Of a stretch of DNA of 42,780 nucleotides, positions 8,794 to 17,813 are shown piece by piece. Under the pieces are notes generated by a model that had not been told where the DNA came from, made no database searches, and saw only the letters and a program-made list of their open reading frames with translations. Position 1 is the first letter of the stretch. Each line of letters opens with the position of its first letter. Source of the stretch: Acidobacteriota bacterium (lineage in GTDB: Bacteria; Acidobacteriota; Vicinamibacteria; Vicinamibacterales; CAVVIG01). Made by a program: the position numbers and the translations under genes. Location: assembly GCA_023265155.1 (NCBI GenBank), contig JAHFUL010000002.1, positions 36,188-78,967 on the forward strand, given 5' to 3'.

Positions 8794-9903
8794 CTAGCTT
8801 GCGACGTATCCGCGCCGGGCGCGGACCCGGTAGTTCCCTCGGTGCACTTCCACGCGGATCGCGTGCCAGCGGCCGTCCTTCTTCCCGCTGGCGGGATAGC
8901 CCAGGTAGTACTGCTTGCTCATCTCGTCGGCGATGCTCGAGGTCGCCGGGCCGAGATCCCGTGGGTCGCGAATGATTTCCGTGCGGCCGCCGCTGTCGTC
9001 GGTCAGATCCCGCAGTGCCGTGACGTTGACACGTTCATTGGTGCTGTTCCGACCGCTCTGTGTCTGCGGGCGCTTCGGGAGCGGCCATTGCCACTGGGTG
9101 GACCGAAGGAGACCCGGCCTTCGTGGAAATGGCTGCGGCACCGGAACAGGGAATCGGGGCGGCGGCGGCTGCGGCTGGGGGCGTTGTGGAGGCCGCGTCA
9201 CGTAGGTCGTTTCGCCGTCGCCGTCGATGCCGATGGCATAGACGAGCACTTCGCTTTCGCGAATGATCCTCCGTGTCTCGTCGACTCGGGGGCGGATCGA
9301 CGAGTCGTTGCCGTCGGAAATCACAACGATCGCCTTTTTCGTGTTCCGGCCCGTGGCGGCCAGAGGGATCGCCCGCGCGACGGCGTCGTACATCGCCGTT
9401 CCACCGTCGGGTGAAATGCGCGACAGCGCGCGGGAGATCGCCTGCCTGTCCTTCGTCCACCCTTCCAGGAGCAGCGGGGTCTCGTTGAATCGATAGAGGA
9501 AGAACTCGTCCTCCGGGTCTTGAAGCTCGTCGAGGAACTGCTCCAGTGCGGTTCGAGCGGCGCGAATCTTTTCGCCTGCCATGCTGCCGCTCGCATCGAC
9601 CACGATGCCGAGGCTCACGGGGACGCGATCGGCACCGAAATGCGACACACTCTGCAGCACGTTGTCTTCGTACACGCTGAAGTCGTCTTTGGCCAGACCC
9701 GGCACGAACCGGCCGCTCGAATCCGTAACCGTGGCCGTGACGTTGACCAGCTCGACGCCGCTCTTGAACTTGAAGCCTTCAGGCTGATCAGGCGGCGGCT
9801 CGGTCGGACGCTGCTGCGCCTGCACCGAGACGACAGCGAGGAACACGAGAGCGGCGGACATTCTATACGTTCTATGCGCCATCGCGTTTATCCTATGCGC
9901 CAT
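8794..9903 (-). CDS. Secreted VWA-domain protein (acidobacterial VWFA-related type)
   Basis: Signal peptide; FKSGVELVNVTATVTD; MIDAS residues DASGS, GGTAMYDA, ISDG; QYYLGY; VRARRGY. Start is 9903 or 9882. Confidence 0.9.
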   Translation of the reverse strand: MAHRINAMAHRTYRMSAALVFLAVVSVQAQQRPTEPPPDQPEGFKFKSGVELVNVTATVTDSSGRFVPGLAKDDFSVYEDNVLQSVSHFGADRVPVSLGIVVDASGSMAGEKIRAARTALEQFLDELQDPEDEFFLYRFNETPLLLEGWTKDRQAISRALSRISPDGGTAMYDAVARAIPLAATGRNTKKAIVVISDGNDSSIRPRVDETRRIIRESEVLVYAIGIDGDGETTYVTRPPQRPQPQPPPPRFPVPVPQPFPRRPGLLRSTQWQWPLPKRPQTQSGRNSTNERVNVTALRDLTDDSGGRTEIIRDPRDLGPATSSIADEMSKQYYLGYPASGKKDGRWHAIRVEVHRGNYRVRARRGYVAS

Positions 9904-9913
9904 CGCGTTTATC
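9872..9913. repeat. Perfect 21-bp direct duplication of the stop/start junction between two genes
   Basis: ctatgcgccatcgcgtttatc at 9872-9892 and again at 9893-9913. Confidence 0.95.
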
Positions 9914-10618
9914 TACGTGCGGGACGACGTGGTCGTCGCCCGTCCTGAAGCTGACACGATACCGGCCGATGTCGGCCGCGCCTGGCACGCTGACGGTGAA
10001 GGGCGCCTCGGCACCAGGCATGAGGTCGTTGGCCTCGACTACGGCCCGTCCGGTCGTGACAACAGCCCCCGCACTATTGAACAGTAGCACTACCGCGGTG
10101 AGATGGGGGACGTCAATGCCGTTCGCCGGGTTGCGCACGACGCCATGGACGGTCAGACGATCGGCACTCCGATCGTGACCGAGCGCGACGAGCTCGATCG
10201 GCGCGCTCACCGCTCGATCGGCGACGGCAGAACCCGCTGAGCCCAGGGACCCCAGCGAACCCAGCGAACCCGGTGAACCCAGCGAACCCGGTGAACCTAC
10301 AGTCCCCTTATGCCCTACAGGCAGGACGAGGGCAAGCAGGATGACGGTTCCGACGATCAATCCGCCGGCCGCGACAGCAATCGCCATTGGCGAATGCCCT
10401 TCGGACTCCTCATCGACGACAAACATGTTGGCGGCGCGCCGGAGTCCTGGGACCGGTTGAGCGGAAGGCCAGCCTTCATCCCCGATTTCAGCAGCGAGTG
10501 CCGCGATCCGCGCCTCAGACCGGCGCCGCTCGTTACGCACGGAATGCCACGCAATAGCGCTCATCGCGGCGGCCAGACCCAGGGAGGCGAAGGTGATGAG
10601 GATCAGCATGCTATTCAT
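9893..10618 (-). CDS. Membrane protein with C-terminal FxLYD-like beta-sandwich domain
   Basis: Two hydrophobic segments, a GS[PL] repeat linker, then TVHGVVRNP...VVLLFNSAGAVV...LMPGAEAPFTV. Confidence 0.7.
   Translation of the reverse strand: MNSMLILITFASLGLAAAMSAIAWHSVRNERRRSEARIAALAAEIGDEGWPSAQPVPGLRRAANMFVVDEESEGHSPMAIAVAAGGLIVGTVILLALVLPVGHKGTVGSPGSLGSPGSLGSLGSLGSAGSAVADRAVSAPIELVALGHDRSADRLTVHGVVRNPANGIDVPHLTAVVLLFNSAGAVVTTGRAVVEANDLMPGAEAPFTVSVPGAADIGRYRVSFRTGDDHVVPHVDKRDGA
10230..10298 (+). repeat. In-frame 9-bp tandem repeat (GAACCCAGC/GAACCCGGT), 8 units
   Basis: Read on the minus strand as GSPGSLGSPGSLGSLGSLGSAGS. Confidence 0.9.
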
Positions 10619-10623
10619 GGGGG

Positions 10624-11664
10624 TTACCGCATCTTGAACTCGACTGACACTTCCACGATGACGTCGACGAGCGTGCCCAGTCGGCGGGCCGGCGAGAATC
10701 GCCACTGTCGTACGGCCTGAACCGCGCGGTCGTTGAGCGCTGACGAAGAGAGCCCCTTGAGAATCCTGACGTCGCCGACCGAGCCATCGCGTCGCACGAC
10801 GATTTCCATGTCGACGGTGCCTTCCCTGCCGCTCCGCCTGGCATCTTCGGGGTAGTCTGGCTTGACCTCGGTCAGCAGGCGGGGTGGTTCGATCCCGGAG
10901 CCAGGGCGGAACGGCCCTCCGCCCGTGCCGCCGCCCGAACCGGCGCCGATCCCGGATCCCCGTCCCTCACCGATTCCCGTCCCGGCTCCGCTGCCCACTC
11001 CCGCGCCGGTCCCGCGGCCGTTGCTCTCCTTCTCTGAGCGTGCCTCTTCCAGGATTCCGATGCGATCCTGAGTATCCGCCGGCGACACCGCAACAGGGGC
11101 CACAATCCTGGGCAATGCTTCGGCGCGGAGCGGTGGAGGGGGTGGTTCGGATGCCTTGACCTCCGGTTCCATCGGTGGTGGAGGCCGGCGAATCGGCAGC
11201 GGACTGCTGATGGCCCGCCTGCCTTCGCGACGAGCCTTCGGGGGTGGCGTCTTCTGAAGCAGTCCACCGCCGCCGCCTCCGCCACCGGGCCCCGGCGATG
11301 CCACGTACACCAACCGCATCTTTGTGAGCGGACGTTCGTCGGGAGCAAGGGTGGTCGCGGTTGGGGCGAGATCAAGGGTGGTGACCAGAATCACCGCTGC
11401 GATGACAACCGCGTGCAGCGTTCCGGATACGGCGAGTCTGACGCCGCCGCGACGAACCGGCGCGCTCGACGCGAAGATCGAGAAAAGAGAGCCTGGAGCG
11501 CGAACCGGCTCACGACGAAGCCTCCGAGCAAGGCGAACGGCATGCGCGTGGGGGATGACGGCGTCCGCGCCGCCGGCCGCCTCGATCGCACGCGCCTCGG
11601 GGACGCCGGCCGCTCGGGCAATCTCCGATGGCGTGTAGACGTCGATGACTGGACCAAGGTGCAT
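10624..11664 (-). CDS. tonB: TonB-family energy transducer
   Basis: TM anchor with SxxxH-type motif (VSGTLHAVV), Pro/Gly-rich linker, and TonB C-terminal domain PDYPEDARR...EGTV...DGSV...AVRQWRFSPA. Confidence 0.9.
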   Translation of the reverse strand: MHLGPVIDVYTPSEIARAAGVPEARAIEAAGGADAVIPHAHAVRLARRLRREPVRAPGSLFSIFASSAPVRRGGVRLAVSGTLHAVVIAAVILVTTLDLAPTATTLAPDERPLTKMRLVYVASPGPGGGGGGGGLLQKTPPPKARREGRRAISSPLPIRRPPPPMEPEVKASEPPPPPLRAEALPRIVAPVAVSPADTQDRIGILEEARSEKESNGRGTGAGVGSGAGTGIGEGRGSGIGAGSGGGTGGGPFRPGSGIEPPRLLTEVKPDYPEDARRSGREGTVDMEIVVRRDGSVGDVRILKGLSSSALNDRAVQAVRQWRFSPARRLGTLVDVIVEVSVEFKMR

Positions 11665-11687
11665 GGTGGCAGGAATCACTGCAGCGA

Positions 11688-11703
11688 GGCAAAACGCTTG
11701 CCG
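11688..11703 (-). promoter_or_regulatory. Probable sigma54 promoter of the tonB operon
   Basis: Minus strand CGGCAAGCGTTTTGCC (GG-N10-GC with TTGC). Phased T-tracts and a palindrome lie upstream. Confidence 0.6.
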
Positions 11704-11861
11704 CGGCAGCGCTGGGGCCGGCCTGATTTTCGGCAGGTTTTTCAGGGCTTTTCAAACGATCCCGCATGACTCCGGCACCGAGCCGTCGCTCGGGCTGTGC
11801 TCTCGTCGTGACAAGCTGTCACCTAATCCCATCTCGGCTCATCGTTGCATCATTGCCATGA

Positions 11862-11933
11862 GCCTCTCAGCTTTCAGCTTTCGGTCCTCAGCTTTCCGCT
11901 TTCGGTCCTCAGCTCTCAGCTCTCGGTCCTCCG
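11862..11933 (+). repeat. Heptamer tandem repeat tract (CTTTCAG/CTCTCAG/TCCTCAG), about 10 units
   Basis: ctctcag ctttcag ctttcgg tcctcag ctttccg ctttcgg tcctcag ctctcag ctctcgg tcctccg. Confidence 0.9.
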
Positions 11934-12036
11934 AGGTTCGCCGCAGCCCTCTTTGCCTTCGCCTTTCCTACCTTCGGTTTCACCCTCCTCCCTGAGTCCT
12001 TCGCCCTGTCAGTGAACCTGAGCATAGACTAGCCCC

Positions 12037-12804
12037 ATGTCATTCCATGGAAGAGTCGCCATCGTGACTGGCGCGACGAGCGGGATTGGTCTGGAAACGG
12101 CTCGTGCATTCGCACGCGAGGGCGCGGACGTCGTCCTGGTGGGACGCAACGAATCAGCCCTGCTGGACCTCAGCAAGGCGCTGGACCTCTCCGGCCATCG
12201 CTCGGTCGGCTGCTGCGCCGACGTCACGGCGCCCGATGGCCCTGAACGCATCGTGCGGACCGCGGTCGAGGCGTTTGGCGGCGTCGACGTGCTGGTCAAC
12301 GCGGCTGGCGTCATCGCCACCGGCTCGGTCGAAACCACGGACGATGAGGCGTGGGATTCGATGATGGCGGTGAATCTGCGCGCGCCGTTTCGGCTGATGC
12401 GTGCTGCGGCGCCGAACCTGAAGCAGCGCAAGGGCGCGGTCGTGAACGTGTCGAGCGTCAACGGCCTGCGATCGTTTGCGGGAGTGCTGGCCTACTGCGT
12501 CAGCAAAGCGGGTGTCGATCATCTGACGCGCTGTGCGGCGCTGGAGATGGCGCCGCATGGCGTGCGCGTCAACGGAGTCAACCCCGGCGTGACCATCACC
12601 AACCTTCATCGCCGCGGGGGCATGGATGAGGCGCAGTACGACGCGTTCCTGGCGCGGTCGAAGGAGACCCATCCGCTTGGCCGGCCGGGGCAACCGCAGG
12701 AAGTGGCGTCGCTGATTCTCTATCTCGCGTCCGATCGCGCCGCCTGGATGACCGGCGAGACGATCCCGATCGACGGGGGGAGGCACCTCACCTGCCTGCG
12801 GTAG
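12037..12804 (+). CDS. Short-chain dehydrogenase/reductase (classical SDR)
   Basis: TGATSGIG, VNAAG, NVSS, YCVSK, GVRVNGVNPG, TGETIPIDGG. Confidence 0.95.
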   Translation: MSFHGRVAIVTGATSGIGLETARAFAREGADVVLVGRNESALLDLSKALDLSGHRSVGCCADVTAPDGPERIVRTAVEAFGGVDVLVNAAGVIATGSVETTDDEAWDSMMAVNLRAPFRLMRAAAPNLKQRKGAVVNVSSVNGLRSFAGVLAYCVSKAGVDHLTRCAALEMAPHGVRVNGVNPGVTITNLHRRGGMDEAQYDAFLARSKETHPLGRPGQPQEVASLILYLASDRAAWMTGETIPIDGGRHLTCLR

Positions 12805-12824
12805 AAGGGCTGCGGACGACTGGA

Positions 12825-12940
12825 AATTTACAATTGGGAGTTTTTGGGAATTGAGAATTAGGAATGCGTGAGCCCTCGCAGTCCTGATCCTCAACTAGGA
12901 ATCACGACGAATTCCTAATTCCCGATGTGCATTGTAAATT
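12825..12940. repeat. AT-rich long imperfect inverted repeat between convergent genes
   Basis: aatttacaat (12825-34) pairs with attgtaaatt (12931-40); gaattaggaat (12855-65) pairs with attcctaattc (12911-21). Confidence 0.8.
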
Positions 12941-12955
12941 GACGAATGGGGCAAC

Positions 12956-13543
12956 TCACCTGGGCTTGATCGCTTCGACGAACAGGAGCCCATCGCGTTC
13001 GGCGAGCGTTCGCACGGACCTGAATCCATCCGCCTGCAGCGACGGACCGGGATCGAAGCGTGGTCCACTCCGCGCTGGCAGGTCGGTCATGAGCACGGCG
13101 AGGGCGCGGGTCAGGAGCGCGCCGGCGCCGCCGCGTGCCGTCGCGGCGATGACCATCACGCGCCCGCCAGGACGCAGAATGCGGAGGACCTCGCGAACGG
13201 TGGCCACGCGATCCTCGGCTCGCATAGTCGCGAAGAGGCCTCCGGTATCATCGACAATCGCGACGTCAAATGCGTCGGCATCCGCCGGCAGACGCGTCGG
13301 CGGCGCTGTCTCGATCTCAACGAGCACACCCGCCTGCGCGGCGCCCTTGTTCACACGCGCGGCCGACGCCTCATCGGGAACGATCGCGACTGCACGCCCG
13401 GATAAGCCCACACCCGCGGCGATCGCCCCTAGACGTCCCCCATGCGCGCAGCCAATCTGTACGATCCGGTCGCCCATCTTCACGCCGACCATGCCGGCGG
13501 CGAGCGTGGCTGCATCAGCGCTGCGCGATAGGAAGTTGAACAT
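12956..13543 (-). CDS. Class I SAM-dependent methyltransferase-like protein
   Basis: IVQIGCAHG (motif I-like, lacks the acidic residue), LPADADAFDVAI, EVLRILRPGGRV. Confidence 0.75.
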   Translation of the reverse strand: MFNFLSRSADAATLAAGMVGVKMGDRIVQIGCAHGGRLGAIAAGVGLSGRAVAIVPDEASAARVNKGAAQAGVLVEIETAPPTRLPADADAFDVAIVDDTGGLFATMRAEDRVATVREVLRILRPGGRVMVIAATARGGAGALLTRALAVLMTDLPARSGPRFDPGPSLQADGFRSVRTLAERDGLLFVEAIKPR

Positions 13544-13633
13544 GCCGTCGGCTTTTCAGCACCTTATACCACGCTCGCGCGGCTCCGGCGTCCCGCCGGA
13601 TCTGACAGCCGGCATCGAACCGCGGACCATTCA

Positions 13634-13702
13634 ACAGTGACAGATGACAGCTGAGAGCCGAGAGCTGACAGTTGAGCGCTGAAAGGCTGACAGCTGAGAG
13701 GC
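13634..13702 (-). repeat. Heptamer tandem repeat tract (GCTGACA/GCTGAGA), reverse complement of the 11862 family
   Basis: cagtga cagatga cagctga gagccga gagctga cagttga gcgctga aaggctga cagctga gaggc. Confidence 0.88.
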
Positions 13703-13724
13703 GAAGCTATATAGTCTGGGCTCG

Positions 13725-15038
<1,314 letters not shown>

Positions 15039-15073
15039 CAGTCGGTGGCGCAAGTGAGTTGCCGCCGGAAAAA

Positions 15074-15104
15074 GGGGTCAGACCCTGTTCTACGCGCGCA
15101 ACGA
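15074..15104. repeat. GGGGTCAGACCC-type REP-like palindrome (one full copy, one partial)
   Basis: ggggtcagaccc at 15074-85 and ggggtcag at 15097-104; the same motif recurs at 21046. Confidence 0.6.
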
Positions 15105-15208
15105 AAGGGGTCAGTGCTGGGGGTGGCTGCGCGGAAGTGCACACGATTGCACGGATCTTCGGGCTTCGCCTCTACTGACAATCGGCTCAGCTACCGAGAA
15201 TCTGAGAT

Positions 15209-16456
15209 GTGAAGCGGGTGCCACCGCGCGCATTTCTGACGGTCTGTCTGCTGACCGCGTCGGTGCAGGCCCAGGCGCCCGCCCCGCCCGGTCAGCTGCC
15301 GCCGTTGCCGCTGACGCAACTCGATGAGCGAGCGCTCGCGGCCGATCTCGATAACCGGACGTTCACGCTGATGTTTGCCCAGCCGGTTCCGATTCACGAT
15401 CTCCTGCTGCTTCTCGTGCGCGGAACGACGCTCAGCGTCGTTCCCGCGCCGGACATCGCGGGAACCTTTATCGGCGAGCTCAAGAGCGTGACCGTGCGCC
15501 AGGCGCTCGGGTGGATTCTTCCACCGCTCGGCCTCGACTACTCGATCGAGGGGTCGTTCATCAGGGTCTTCCACCGTGAACCCGGCACCAGAATCTTCAG
15601 CATCAACTACATCGCCACCGAGCGCACCGGCGACTCGGTCATCGGCGGATCCCGCGACTCGGCCGGAGGTTCCGCGCGGGTGACCAGCACGACGGGCTCG
15701 GATATGTTCGCCGAGCTGGCAAAGAGCGTCGGCACGCTGTTGTCCGATCGCGGCGTCTTCAGCATCGACCGGCGAGCGGGTCTGCTGCAGGTCACCGATT
15801 TTCCCGAGCGCCTGGACGCCGTTTCGCAGTATCTCGACGCGGTTCAGGAGCGCGTCCATCACCAGGTTCAGATCGATGCCAGCATCGTCGAAGTCGAGCT
15901 CAATGACGTCAATGGAGCCGCCGCGCAGACACTGGATTGGACGGCACTCGCACGCGCCGGTGTCGAGGCGGGCAGCCCGCCGGGCGCGAGGCCGTTGATC
16001 AACGGCCTGCGCGTCTCCGACGTCTCGCGCTTTTTCACGGCCCTCGCGACACAGGGCAAACTGTCGGTGCTCGCGCAGCCGCGCGTGCTGGCGCTGAACA
16101 ACCAGCCGGCAATTGTACGCGGCACCACCACGGCCGGCGGCGACGTCGAGGAGATCACGCTGTCGGTCACGGCTCAATCGGCGGACGGCATGGTGATGCT
16201 GAGTCTCAGCCCGATCGTGACCGTGCGCGCGGCCGAAGCGAACCGGAACGGGGCCGGCACGACGACCCGGGAGGCCGACACGCTGGCTCGGGTACGCGAC
16301 GGTGAAACGATCGTCCTCGCAGGCTTTACGCGCGACCGCGAGACGCGCGAGCCGAGGAGCGGCGGCATTACGGGAGGATGGTTCGGCCGCACGACGGTGG
16401 TGACGAAGAAGCGAGTCGAGCTCCTGATTCTGCTGACGCCGCGCATAGTGTCCTGA
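15209..16456 (+). CDS. Secretin, MshL/GspD-like
   Basis: Signal peptide; TRIFSINYI (MshL-type N-domain); QVQIDASIVEVEL; LAQPRVLALNNQPA; ARVRDGETIVLAG; ELLILLTPRIV. Confidence 0.88.
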   Translation: MKRVPPRAFLTVCLLTASVQAQAPAPPGQLPPLPLTQLDERALAADLDNRTFTLMFAQPVPIHDLLLLLVRGTTLSVVPAPDIAGTFIGELKSVTVRQALGWILPPLGLDYSIEGSFIRVFHREPGTRIFSINYIATERTGDSVIGGSRDSAGGSARVTSTTGSDMFAELAKSVGTLLSDRGVFSIDRRAGLLQVTDFPERLDAVSQYLDAVQERVHHQVQIDASIVEVELNDVNGAAAQTLDWTALARAGVEAGSPPGARPLINGLRVSDVSRFFTALATQGKLSVLAQPRVLALNNQPAIVRGTTTAGGDVEEITLSVTAQSADGMVMLSLSPIVTVRAAEANRNGAGTTTREADTLARVRDGETIVLAGFTRDRETREPRSGGITGGWFGRTTVVTKKRVELLILLTPRIVS

Positions 16457-16457
16457 C

Positions 16458-17813
16458 ATGTACGAAGACTATTACGGCCTCGCCGAAAAACCGTTCAGCC
16501 TGACGCCGGATCCGAAGTATCTCTACCGGAGCCAGTCTCACGCCAACGCCTTCGAGCTGCTGCAGTACGCGATCGAACGCCGTGAAGGGTTCGTGGTCGT
16601 CACGGGCGACATCGGCACCGGAAAGACCACCCTGTGCCGTGCCCTGCTCGAACAGATCGATCGCAACACGTTCACCGCGCTCGTGCTCAACCCGTTCCTC
16701 TCCGAAGAGGACCTGCTCAAGCGCATCCTGCAGGACTTCGGCGTCATTTCCCGGGACGACCTGAAGGCCGGCCGCACGGCCGGCGTGACCAAGCAGGACA
16801 TGATCGACACCCTCTACGAATTCCTGCTTGGGCTCGTCCCGCTCAAAGCCGGCGCGGTGCTCGTCATCGACGAGGCGCAGAATCTTCCCCACCATGTCCT
16901 CGAGCAGATTCGCATCCTGTCGAATCTGGAGACCGACAAGGAGAAGCTGCTGCAGATCATTCTGGTGGGGCAGTTGAATCTGCGGACGCTGCTGCGATCG
17001 CCTGAACTGCGTCAGCTCGATCAGCGCGTGTCGATCCGCTACGAGTTGCAGCCGCTCGACGAGGAGACCGTCGCGGCGTATGTGGCGCACCGGTTGACGA
17101 TCGCCGGTGGATCGGCGGCCGTCGCGTTCACTGCGAAGGCACTCGCGCAGGTCCATCGGCTGTCTGGCGGTGTTCCCCGGCTCATCAACCTGATTTGCGA
17201 TCGCGCCCTTCTGGCGGGATTCTCGTTGAGGGCCAGCCGCATCACCCCGGAGATGGTGCGGCATGCGGCAGAGAGTCTTGATCTCCCGTCGGCGGCGCTG
17301 CCTCGTGCCAAATGGCTGACGCGCCGCGCGCCGCTTCCCGTCGGTGCCGCAGTGGTGTTGCTCGGCGCCGCGCTGGCCGTGGGCGCGAGCGCGCTTCTGT
17401 ACGAGCGCCTCGAGATGGATGCCCTCGAGGCCAGCACGACCCCTTCAACGGCTGCGGTGCCCGAGCGCATCGGCGTCCCGGTGGCCAGCGACACTCATCT
17501 GCCGTCCGCCGCGCCGAATCGTCGTCTGCCACGCGACGCGGCGCTGACGATCCTCGTCGGGTCGTATCCGTGGCCGGACGGGGACTCGGAGATCCGATCG
17601 GTGACGGCCTGGCTCGAGGCGACGGGCTATCACGTCTACTACGTTCAGGTCGACCTGGGCAGTCAGGGTATCTGGCGGCGAGTGCTCGCTGGGGCGTACA
17701 CTGACCCGAACGTGGCCCAGGTCGAAGTGGCGCGCATGAACGCGGCGGCACCGGCGCTGGAGGCCCGGATCGTCACGTCGGCGATGGCAAGGGGAGCGGA
17801 AACGCGCCAGTGA
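16458..17813 (+). CDS. ExeA/MshM-family AAA ATPase with TM segment and C-terminal SPOR-like domain
   Basis: MYEDYYGLAEKPFSLTPDP, Walker A GDIGTGKT, IDEAQ, LVGQ, GGVPRLINLICDRAL; then a TM segment; then ILVGSY...WRRVLAGAY. Confidence 0.9.
   Translation: MYEDYYGLAEKPFSLTPDPKYLYRSQSHANAFELLQYAIERREGFVVVTGDIGTGKTTLCRALLEQIDRNTFTALVLNPFLSEEDLLKRILQDFGVISRDDLKAGRTAGVTKQDMIDTLYEFLLGLVPLKAGAVLVIDEAQNLPHHVLEQIRILSNLETDKEKLLQIILVGQLNLRTLLRSPELRQLDQRVSIRYELQPLDEETVAAYVAHRLTIAGGSAAVAFTAKALAQVHRLSGGVPRLINLICDRALLAGFSLRASRITPEMVRHAAESLDLPSAALPRAKWLTRRAPLPVGAAVVLLGAALAVGASALLYERLEMDALEASTTPSTAAVPERIGVPVASDTHLPSAAPNRRLPRDAALTILVGSYPWPDGDSEIRSVTAWLEATGYHVYYVQVDLGSQGIWRRVLAGAYTDPNVAQVEVARMNAAAPALEARIVTSAMARGAETRQ

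Noticed and set aside
11645-11995. 116-aa ORF with LSAFSFRSS repeats
   Set aside because: It is a translation of the heptamer tract and promoter region; no coding evidence.
15135-15151. Possible sigma54 promoter before the secretin
   Set aside because: TTGC is present but the invariant GG at -24 is missing (GT instead).
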